The position numbers were made by a program, and so were the translations under genes. The notes below the pieces were generated by a model that saw only the letters and a list, made by a program, of their open reading frames with translations, searched no databases and was not told where the DNA came from. From an uncultured Nitrososphaerota archaeon (GTDB lineage Archaea > Thermoproteota > EX4484-205 > JAAOZP01): 64,000 nucleotides of DNA. Below, one piece after another: positions 56,319-64,000 of the stretch; positions within the stretch are counted from its first letter, which is position 1, and each line of letters starts with the position of its first letter. The stretch covers positions 76,748 through 140,747 of the forward strand of contig CAYQCW010000002.1 of the NCBI GenBank assembly GCA_964416155.1. The letters run 5' to 3'.

Positions 56319-57149
56319 ATGAACGGGTTGAAACTGAAAGTTTTTGTAGGGGTGCTGGTGATGCTGGCTGCTGCAACAGTCATTATAATCGCTTTTCAAA
56401 GAAAGCCTGAGAAAATGATGGAATTAACGGTTTCAGGCGGTTTTTGGGCCAAGCATGAAAAATACGGGTACTATTCTAACGGGACCATCATCTTCGAAGA
56501 CCTTGCTAGGAACAAAAGCGGCTCCTCAGTAATATCGATTTCAACAAACGACGAATTGCTGCGCAGGATGAAAACTCTTCTCGAAGCGTACCCGGATGGC
56601 TTTAAACTTGAGCCTGGAAGTGGGGCAGACTATTTCATTTACAACCTGATTATTTACAGCAATGGGAGGACAGTAACCTATTATTGGACGGATGTTGGCG
56701 GAGAACTGCCTGGAGAACTCTACTACCTTGCCAGCCTGCTACGCGAATTGAACAGTTTCGCATCAGGATCCTCGAAAATAGTTTTCTATTTGAAGACAGA
56801 TAGGCTGGTTGTCGACAAGGGTGAAACGTTGAAAATACTTGCGGTAGCTTTCAACCCTGCGCAGGAGGATTTCACCTATGCTTCCCCAACGCCATGCAGC
56901 CCGGATTTCAAAATACGTCTTCAGGCTCCGAGTGGCGGGATAACCCAGCTCTACCCGGTTGGCCATGATCCTGAAAAACCATGTATACAGGTTATTCAAA
57001 ACCGTGTTTTAAAAGCAGGCGGAACAATCGAATCCGAATACAACTATGCTTTCAACGAGGAGGGCATCTATGTTTTAGAAGCCTTTTTCCCGTATGCTGA
57101 GTGGAGTGAAACCAGATACACTTATACGCTTACGGTCTTAGTAAAATAG
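56319..57149 (+). CDS. membrane-anchored secreted protein, putative two-domain protease inhibitor
   Basis: N-terminal TM; SGGF...GADYFIYNLII...P..L emfourin-like region; C-terminal Ig-like domain with C...CIQVI...LKAGG (BsuPI-like). Confidence 0.5.
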   Translation: MNGLKLKVFVGVLVMLAAATVIIIAFQRKPEKMMELTVSGGFWAKHEKYGYYSNGTIIFEDLARNKSGSSVISISTNDELLRRMKTLLEAYPDGFKLEPGSGADYFIYNLIIYSNGRTVTYYWTDVGGELPGELYYLASLLRELNSFASGSSKIVFYLKTDRLVVDKGETLKILAVAFNPAQEDFTYASPTPCSPDFKIRLQAPSGGITQLYPVGHDPEKPCIQVIQNRVLKAGGTIESEYNYAFNEEGIYVLEAFFPYAEWSETRYTYTLTVLVK

Positions 57150-57278
57150 GTAGCTGCCTAACCCATCCGGATTCAACTTCATAAACCCGGCTGCCCATTT
57201 CAAGCGCGCGCTTTCAAACATGTCGATTGATTAAAACCTAAATATGATGCTACACATAAGGGTTAAATGGTGGTTAGG

Positions 57279-57467
57279 ATGCCGGTGGTTATAGTTGAAA
57301 TGTGGGAGGGCCGTTCAGAGGAGCAGAAGGAGAAGCTTATAAAAGGGATAACGAGAGCCTTCGAGGAGATAGGGGTTAAACCGGAGTGGCTTAACATAAT
57401 AATCCACGATGTCCCGAGGAGCAACTGGGGACTTAATGGCCAACAGGCTTCTAAGATAAATCCTTAG
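57279..57467 (+). CDS. 4-oxalocrotonate tautomerase family protein
   Basis: MPVVIVEMWEGRSEEQK with catalytic Pro1; NWG. Confidence 0.93.
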   Translation: MPVVIVEMWEGRSEEQKEKLIKGITRAFEEIGVKPEWLNIIIHDVPRSNWGLNGQQASKINP

Positions 57468-57474
57468 GGAAACG

Positions 57475-57960
57475 GTGTGTCGATTGACCGAGACGCCAAG
57501 CATCGTCGAGCACATCAGGGGGTTGCCATCCGATGACACTGATGAGTTCCTAAAGAGGATTGTAGACAAGCTTAGGAGTTTTAGAAAACACTATGCTTGG
57601 GTCGGGATATACATGGTGGAAAACGGGTTCCTAGTGCTGCGCGCTTTTTCAGGCGTCGAGGAGACGAGCCACGTTAAGATAAGGGTGGGGGAGGGTGTTT
57701 GCGGCTTGGCTGCTCAGAAAGGCGAAACGATAATCGTTCCAGACGTCAGCAAGGAGGAAAGATACATTGAATGCTTCCCGTCCACCAGATCCGAAATCGT
57801 CGTCCCAATACTCCTTGGGAAGAAAGTAGCAGGAGAGATTGATGTAGACAGCGACCTGCTAAACGCGTTCGATGATGAAGACAGACTCCTGCTTGAAGAA
57901 GTTGCGAGAATAATTGCAGAAACGCTGGCAGCGAAAAAGTCCAGTAGAGCTAGTCCTTAA
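57475..57960 (+). CDS. msrC: GAF-domain protein, free methionine-R-sulfoxide reductase-like
   Basis: WVGIY, GEGVCG, YIEC...TRSEIVVP and DVDS. Confidence 0.8.
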   Translation: MCRLTETPSIVEHIRGLPSDDTDEFLKRIVDKLRSFRKHYAWVGIYMVENGFLVLRAFSGVEETSHVKIRVGEGVCGLAAQKGETIIVPDVSKEERYIECFPSTRSEIVVPILLGKKVAGEIDVDSDLLNAFDDEDRLLLEEVARIIAETLAAKKSSRASP

Positions 57961-58429
57961 CCAGGCGTGAAGCCAGCTCCGCCAGCCTCCTACCCATTCT
58001 TCTACATAGCTCTAAGTCTTCTTCACCAGGCTTCCCAACGCAGGCAACCCCATAGTGCTTGTCCTCCGTATCCCCCTGAATAATCATACCGTGGACGAGC
58101 AGGGCTTGCAGTATCGACATGATGGTTGTTTCAGCCCCTGTTGCACTTCCCCCAGAGGATGTAAAGGCACCACCAATCTTTCCTTCAAGCTTCCCATGAA
58201 TCTTAATGCTTTCATCCAAAAGACTTTTCACAGGGGCTGCCATCAACCCGTAGTAGGTTGGGGATCCAACTATTATAACGTCCGACTCCACCAAGTCTTC
58301 CAAAGAGGTTTCCTCAACCCGCTTAAGCATGGCAATGACCTCCTTAACCTCCTTCGCCCCCTCGGCCACGGCTCTCGCCATACTTTCCGTGTTTCCAGTT
58401 TTAGAGTAGTAGGTCACCAACACCCTCAT
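57950..58429 (-). CDS. flavodoxin-like WrbA-family NAD(P)H:quinone oxidoreductase
   Basis: YYSKTGNTE, GSPTYYG, GGAFTSSG and HGM. Confidence 0.9.
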   Translation of the reverse strand: MRVLVTYYSKTGNTESMARAVAEGAKEVKEVIAMLKRVEETSLEDLVESDVIIVGSPTYYGLMAAPVKSLLDESIKIHGKLEGKIGGAFTSSGGSATGAETTIMSILQALLVHGMIIQGDTEDKHYGVACVGKPGEEDLELCRRMGRRLAELASRLVKD

Positions 58430-58649
58430 GCTCAACCAACCGTAACTAATAGCAGAATCCGAAATATTAAGTTTTATCTCACGCTCCAGATTATGTGAGC
58501 ACGATAGCAGTACTCGCCGCAACCCTATCGAGAAGCTTAGTCTGAAGAAGTGGTTTAGGGTTAGAATCTACCTTAACGATACTCGTTCGACTAGACCTAC
58601 TTCTAAAGACGTCTAGAAGCCTTATAAGGCACAATAGTGCTGAGAGCGT

Positions 58650-59778
58650 ATGAAGAATGATTTGCACCAAAACTATATAATTATAAGAAGGGATTTTCAA
58701 CACTTAGCATTAGAGGGTTCTAGTTACGAGGTTGGATGGCAGCAGGAAGAGTTCTTAAAAGACAGAGCCCGGAATTGGCAAAATGGTTCTCCGCAGAGGT
58801 TAACTCAAGTAAGCTTGGTTTCAGCAGCTTCGAGGAACTACAGTCTTTCTACGAGGAAAATTGCCCAGGTATTACTGACGAGATACAGGGTTTGGCTGAC
58901 AACCTTGGAGTCAGGCCTGAAAAACTCCGAATCTATAATCCCCCGGTATATCAGCCCGGTAACTGCAGCCAAATAGCTGTTCTGTCCTCATCAACCCGTG
59001 ATAAACACATCTATGTGGGGAGAAGCTACGAGTACCATCACGAGATGAATGATTTCCGCCTATGCACTGTCAGGATCAAGGGAAGGGTGAAGCACATGGG
59101 TTTCACGGAATACCTTCTCGGTCGAGATGATGGAATGAATCAACACGGGCTGTGCGTCACCTTTGCAGGATGCGGCGTCTTCAAGAGAGAGCCTGTGAGA
59201 AGAGGGTTCAACTTCTTCTTGGTAGTTAGAACTCTTTTAGACAATTGTATAGCGGTAGACGAGGCAGTAGAATGCTTGCAGAAAATGCCGGTTGGGGGTT
59301 TAGCTTGTTACGGACAGAAATGGCAACGCGGCTTTAGCACAGTTCTTTGACGGAGAGTACGCGATTAAAAGAATAGGTTCTGGATCAGCAGAACAATTCT
59401 TGGTTTCAACCAGCCACTATTTCCTGCCGGAGATGGTGAAACATCAGGAGTACCTGGCGATTGGATCCTGAGGAACTCTAAGAGGAGGTTTGAACTGATT
59501 AGTGAGCGGTTGAAAAAGGCATCGCCCAACGTTATTAGAGAAACAGTCAGAGATACTTTCAAAGGAAATATATGAAGGGGTCTGTGGACATTACTACACC
59601 GATTATTTCGGAACCCTGTTTTCAGTAATTTACGATTTAACCGACCTTAAGGCAGAAGTGTTTCGGTGCCCCGACCCATAACGATTGGCGGGGGCCCTTC
59701 TCGCTTGATGACCCTATTGGATTGAATAAATATACAGCAATTCTACCTGACAAGTCGATCAAGCTGGATGAGCTTTAG
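58650..59778 (+). pseudogene. C45-family peptidase/acyltransferase (Ntn hydrolase), multiply frameshifted
   Basis: LEGSSYEVG, EIQGLAD, GNCSQ (nucleophile), GRSYE, DGMNQHGL and GHYYTDYFGTL pieces lie in different frames. Confidence 0.82.
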
Positions 59779-59890
59779 GATTACCAATACGAGTACCGCA
59801 CGCCTAAGTATCAGGGCTAAATAAGCATACTGCTTTCTATACTTTACCTTATCGGAGTTTCAAACTTGAACCTTTCAATAAATAAGACGA

Positions 59891-59935
59891 CTGTAAAAAA
59901 AAGTTTTGAAAAATCTGCATTCAAACATTTTACAG
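59891..59935. terminator. imperfect long hairpin between convergent genes
   Basis: CTGTAAAA...GTTTTGAA / TTCAAAC...TTTTACAG inverted repeat; gives a T-tract on the minus strand after rad50. Confidence 0.35.
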
Positions 59936-59947
59936 CAATTCCATACT

Positions 59948-61939
59948 CTATGTTTTAATCTCGGCTTTAGACGAACCGTCTTCTTGAACAGTTACTTCTA
60001 TAATGTTTGAAGCCTCTTCCTCACAAATATTGTAGTGGGTTACAAGTATCATTTGAGAGAGCTGCTTGGAGGCTTCCCCTATGTAGCTCGCAACCTGGGG
60101 AAGGTTTTCTGAGTCAACACCGTAGGTGGGCTCGTCAAGTATTAGCAGTGAATTCAGGTTTAACGCATCGAGGAGTGCGAGGCGTATGGCTAGAGCTAGA
60201 ATAGTTTGATGCCCTCCTCCGACTCTGGTTGCAGGAATAGGATCCGTCAACCCTTTCGGATGCACCGAAACAGAATAGTCCTCCGGGTTTATGATTACAG
60301 CGTCGTAAACATGCTGATCCGTCATAGCCCTATAGTACTCTAATGCTCGGAACTCTATGCGTTTTATCAGTTCTCTCCTCCTGGTTTCAACAGCCTGGTC
60401 GAAGAGTTGAGAAAGCCTGTGCGCGAGGCCAGCCTTCTTCATCCTTCTTTTAAGCTCGTTGAGCAGCCTCCTATAGTCCTCCAGCTTCCTACTGATATCC
60501 GACCTCATACTCTTCTTCCTCTCTAAAATCTTCTTCTTCTCAGCAAGCTCACCCCTCCTCCTGGCTAACTCCTCTGGCTGAAGGGGAAGCCGCTGGGCTA
60601 GCTTCAGCTTCAGATCAGGATCCTCAGGGGTGAAAGGCAGGTCGAGGACTGTCAGTTTCTCTTTCACCATAGCTAGGGTTTCACTCCTTATTTTCACGAG
60701 GGCTTCCGCGGAATCCAAATATTCTTTCAGACGGTTTCTCAGTGCCTTCATTCTTGAGCGCTCGCCTTCAGCAGCGTTTATTTTTTCCACAAGGTTTTGA
60801 AACTCCACGTTTTTCATCTCGTAAACCTTTCTCGCCTCAGCCTCCTCGAGACTAGCCCTGGCTAACGAGCCGCGATCCTCCTCCAGAATCCTCTGGATTA
60901 CAGCGGGATGCAGGTCTTGGCCACACGTGGGGCATTTAGAAGCCCCGCTTCCAGCAAGAGACTCACGCTCCCTTACTTGTTTCGCAAGGTTTTCAACACG
61001 GCTCTTCACGCTTAACCATTTCTCCGTGGAGGCATCAAGATCCTTCTTCAAACTATTTCTTGCTGCTTTCAGTGCTTCCAGCTCCTTTTCGCTTAAACTC
61101 ATTTTCTCATTCAACTCCTCAATCGAAGAGACACCGGCTTGCTCCAGAAGCTCTCGACTCCTTGAAGAAATCTTCTTCAGCTCCTCCTCAATCCCCTCCC
61201 TCTTCTTGATACAGTTGAGAAGCTCGGTTAACTCGGTTGATTCAGCCTTCTTCAAAAGGCTTTCAAGCTCCTGAACCTCCTTATTCAACTGACAAATGTC
61301 CTCGTCAATCTGTTTCAGGCTTGAATCAAGCTCCGGCACCCGTTCCTCAAGACTCTGAATCTCGGTTGCAGCATCCTTCCCGTTAAACCTCTCCAGCTCT
61401 CTCCTTGCCTCATCCAGCTGTTCACGCATCTCTCTTAACAGCGTTATCCCCATTACTGAGTCCATGTGTTCCCTCTGAGGCTCCAGTATCTCGGTTAACC
61501 TACCCTGCCTAATATAGACCAGGTTGATAAACTTCCTTAAACTCATTCCGAGAAGCTCAGTAATCATGCTCCTCAAGTCCTCCTCACCCCCCAGAGACAC
61601 GTTTTTACCGTCAATCCGGAGCATTCGTTCCCCTGTCCTGTAATCCCCGTTCCTATCTAAACCGCCTCTTCTCTCAACTTCAACAACCTTGCCGCTAACC
61701 GGGCTTCTGAACTTTACGTAGACACTCATCTCCCCTGAGCCCGGTAGCTTTGAAACCAGCAGCTTCGGCCTAGCCTCCGGCACCTCGCCGAAAAGCGCGA
61801 ACGTCAGCGCGTTGAGCAGAGTAGTTTTACCTGTCGAATTCCTACCTTTTATAAGGTTAAGCCCAGCTGAGAAATCTAGCTGAACACTCTTATAACACTC
61901 CAAGTTTCTGAGTCTAAGCGTTTCGATTAAGCCGCTCAT
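59948..61939 (-). CDS. rad50: Rad50/SbcC-like SMC ATPase, short variant
   Basis: GRNSTGKTT Walker A, YIRQG Q-loop, coiled coils with a central CPTC hook, VGGGH signature, LDEPT and VTH. Confidence 0.85.
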   Translation of the reverse strand: MSGLIETLRLRNLECYKSVQLDFSAGLNLIKGRNSTGKTTLLNALTFALFGEVPEARPKLLVSKLPGSGEMSVYVKFRSPVSGKVVEVERRGGLDRNGDYRTGERMLRIDGKNVSLGGEEDLRSMITELLGMSLRKFINLVYIRQGRLTEILEPQREHMDSVMGITLLREMREQLDEARRELERFNGKDAATEIQSLEERVPELDSSLKQIDEDICQLNKEVQELESLLKKAESTELTELLNCIKKREGIEEELKKISSRSRELLEQAGVSSIEELNEKMSLSEKELEALKAARNSLKKDLDASTEKWLSVKSRVENLAKQVRERESLAGSGASKCPTCGQDLHPAVIQRILEEDRGSLARASLEEAEARKVYEMKNVEFQNLVEKINAAEGERSRMKALRNRLKEYLDSAEALVKIRSETLAMVKEKLTVLDLPFTPEDPDLKLKLAQRLPLQPEELARRRGELAEKKKILERKKSMRSDISRKLEDYRRLLNELKRRMKKAGLAHRLSQLFDQAVETRRRELIKRIEFRALEYYRAMTDQHVYDAVIINPEDYSVSVHPKGLTDPIPATRVGGGHQTILALAIRLALLDALNLNSLLILDEPTYGVDSENLPQVASYIGEASKQLSQMILVTHYNICEEEASNIIEVTVQEDGSSKAEIKT

Positions 61940-61940
61940 T

Positions 61941-63203
61941 TCACCCACCTGCCTTCTCTAAAATCTGAACCCAGCGTTTTACGAAACGGCTCCTATCGGA
62001 GTCTGTGAGAAGCCCCGTTCTCTGACTTGCCTTTTCATCGAGAGTCATACTCAGCTCCTCCACGATCTTCATCGCTTCCTCCGACATTTCCCCGAGGGAT
62101 TTCAAAATCTCCATCGCATAGTCGAGTCCGCTGCCAAGCCTAGAAAAGACTGCTCTCTGCTTAACGTCTTCAACACGGTTAACCAATTCAACATGCAGCA
62201 ACCTGGTTGAGACGGTTTTCTTCGCAACCTCCTTCCGGAGAGACCTGTCTATGGTGTGCGGATCATTATCAGCGTATCCGCTTAAAACTAGGCGCAGTAT
62301 TCCGTCAATACCTCTAGCTTGAAGATCGGAGTAGTAAGCATCTATCTCGCGAACAGATTGTTCAATGAACCATTCACAGGGTTTCACAGCGCCTTTTGAA
62401 TCCACTTTAACGTTGCGTATTTCATGCAGAGGCTTTATCGGCAGGAACTTTACTTGTCTACCGTCCAACACGTAGACTCCGAAGGAGCCTTCGTCAGACA
62501 GGTCGACTGCCTCAGTTGCACCAGGCGTTAGGAAAAGCGTCCCGTTACTCTCCACCGGTTTAACCTTTCCATGATAGTGGCCGGCTAAAACGATATTGAC
62601 TCCAAGCTCATCGAAATCCCTTACTGTAAGATAGTTATGCGGGGGGACTCCTGGAGGAATCTCGTGATACCCTTGAATAAAGTTGTGTACTGCGAGAACC
62701 TTAAGCTCTCCTTCCATCTTAAACCCTCTTCGGATCATATTCTTCACATTCCTGAAAACACGTGAAATGTACGGATGGTAAGGCAGTCCTATTAACCGGA
62801 TGCCTTTGAAAAAATAGGATTCCTCCCCACCCCTTATCGTGGCCTCACCCACTACCTTAAGATATTTTGCGAGAGGATGCTTAACGAAGTCTAGAGCATT
62901 GTCTTCAAGAGCACCGTCATGGTTCCCCCTAATGAGGAATACGGATACTTCTCCACCGTGTTCCACGCGAATAGAGTTGACTAGGCGCTGCAACTCCTCC
63001 TTGACGAAAACGCTGTCCTCAGATATCATGCTGCGTTTCTCAAAGAGGTCTCCCGCATGGATCACGCATTCCACTTTTTCCTTTATGAAAATATTAATGG
63101 CCTGAGTGAAGGCGTGACGATAAGCGTTTCTCCTGAGCTCGCCGACCTCTCTAGGTATGTTTCTACCTATATGGGTGTCGGCAAAAACCCCTATCTTCAT
63201 CAT
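61941..63203 (-). CDS. mre11: Mre11/SbcD-like metallophosphoesterase nuclease
   Basis: DTHIG, GDLF, GNHD, H and GHYH motifs. Confidence 0.88.
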   Translation of the reverse strand: MMKIGVFADTHIGRNIPREVGELRRNAYRHAFTQAINIFIKEKVECVIHAGDLFEKRSMISEDSVFVKEELQRLVNSIRVEHGGEVSVFLIRGNHDGALEDNALDFVKHPLAKYLKVVGEATIRGGEESYFFKGIRLIGLPYHPYISRVFRNVKNMIRRGFKMEGELKVLAVHNFIQGYHEIPPGVPPHNYLTVRDFDELGVNIVLAGHYHGKVKPVESNGTLFLTPGATEAVDLSDEGSFGVYVLDGRQVKFLPIKPLHEIRNVKVDSKGAVKPCEWFIEQSVREIDAYYSDLQARGIDGILRLVLSGYADNDPHTIDRSLRKEVAKKTVSTRLLHVELVNRVEDVKQRAVFSRLGSGLDYAMEILKSLGEMSEEAMKIVEELSMTLDEKASQRTGLLTDSDRSRFVKRWVQILEKAGG

Positions 63204-63206
63204 ATC

Positions 63207-64000
63207 TCACCATTTGCCCGTTTCCCTTCGCCTAAGCTGCTCATTAATCCTTTCCATGATATTGCTGAGCTCAGGCGTTACACCATGATGAACTGTCCTC
63301 CTGTCCAGGGTCTTCACGTGAGCCGGAAGAGGCACGAAAGGCCCGACGAGCACAGCCTCCCCCTGGTTTAGCCCAGGAAGGTCCTCTATAAGCCTATGGT
63401 AAAAGCTTTCACTAGCATTCTCTATGACGCTCTGATCCTGCTGGTTGGTTATTCTCATCACCGCGTAGTTACCGACGTTGCTCAATATGTCTGGGTCTAT
63501 GTTTCTCGGACGCTGGCTTATCAGAGTTATGAAGAGCCCAAACTTGGCACCCTCCCTTATGGCTGTGGATATGGTTCTGACAGCATAACCCCCGCTCTTC
63601 TCAGAAGCTATACGATGAGCCTCTTCGATGAAGAGAAAGACAGGAGTAAAGTTCTTCTCGTCGCTCTTACTTGAAACCTGGTGTCTGAACAAGGTGTCTA
63701 CAATTATACTAGCGTACGCGTCTTGAACTCTTGAACGCAACCCGTTTAGACAGATGACGCTCAGCGTCTTCGGAGCCAGCAACTCGGAGATACTCATCCC
63801 AGTCGGTGGTAGCGAGACCTCTTCCCCCAGGTCTTCCAGCCTAGCGAGAAGACTCTCATACCTGGCTCTATCCTCCCCCTTAAGCACCGGCTTACCATCA
63901 CTATCGGTTTCCTCCAGCTTGCTCCTGATTAACTCGGTTATGTCCCCAAGCCCAAAAGGCCGTCTCTCCGATTTAAGCCTCCTCAAGATGTTTCTCAGAA
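63207..64000 (-). CDS. herA: HerA/FtsK-family ATPase, C-terminal part (truncated by window edge)
   Basis: IEEAH Walker B, REGAKFG, ISQRP, DQ and LPGLNQGEA. Confidence 0.9.
   Translation of the reverse strand, partial: LRNILRRLKSERRPFGLGDITELIRSKLEETDSDGKPVLKGEDRARYESLLARLEDLGEEVSLPPTGMSISELLAPKTLSVICLNGLRSRVQDAYASIIVDTLFRHQVSSKSDEKNFTPVFLFIEEAHRIASEKSGGYAVRTISTAIREGAKFGLFITLISQRPRNIDPDILSNVGNYAVMRITNQQDQSVIENASESFYHRLIEDLPGLNQGEAVLVGPFVPLPAHVKTLDRRTVHHGVTPELSNIMERINEQLRRRETGKW

Noticed and set aside
58500-58630. Short imperfect hairpins between wrbA-like gene and the C45 pseudogene
   Set aside because: Weak pairing, compatible with an ordinary divergent promoter region
395-63674. Many short antisense or alternative-frame ORFs in the track (e.g. 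8519..9181, 44190..44840, 58055..58498)
   Set aside because: They are shadows of well-supported genes on the other strand or frame and carry no independent motifs
1-64000. CRISPR arrays, tRNA/rRNA genes, integrases or full transposases
   Set aside because: No regularly spaced repeats, cloverleaf/T-loop signatures or recombinase motifs were seen by eye

Overview
A gene-dense 64 kb archaeal chromosomal segment. Evidence for Archaea: TATA-like promoters, Trm5, TIP49, a GTPBP1/2-like GTPase, XPD, archaeal GH1 and a HerA-Mre11-Rad50 cluster. The gene content suggests a probably thermophilic TACK/Thermoproteota lineage (inference only). Housekeeping genes (rsmA, trm5, pyrG, trxB, proC, class II HMG-CoA reductase, aminotransferase) are mixed with sugar-catabolism genes (GH1, GH130, GH97, Gfo/Idh/MocA, AKR, MFS), ABC transporters and at least six decayed or deletion-fused pseudogenes. 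No rRNA, tRNA or CRISPR array was found. Most notable: (1) an apparently intact TPP riboswitch aptamer with its own TATA box but no downstream gene; (2) a 460-aa LAGLIDADG intein inside the CxxxCxxC motif of a radical SAM enzyme, with C(-3)xxC1 redox-trap geometry, directly after thioredoxin reductase; (3) a non-canonical HerA-Mre11-short Rad50 operon with a VGGGH signature motif; (4) an ~85-bp IS200/IS605-like mini-element that supplies the stop codon of tauE; (5) an unexplained multi-hairpin intergenic sequence at ~21.7 kb; (6) a membrane anchor/MoxR/metallopeptidase-vWA module; (7) a membrane-anchored emfourin-like plus BsuPI-like fusion. All calls come from reading motifs by eye; no searches were run.
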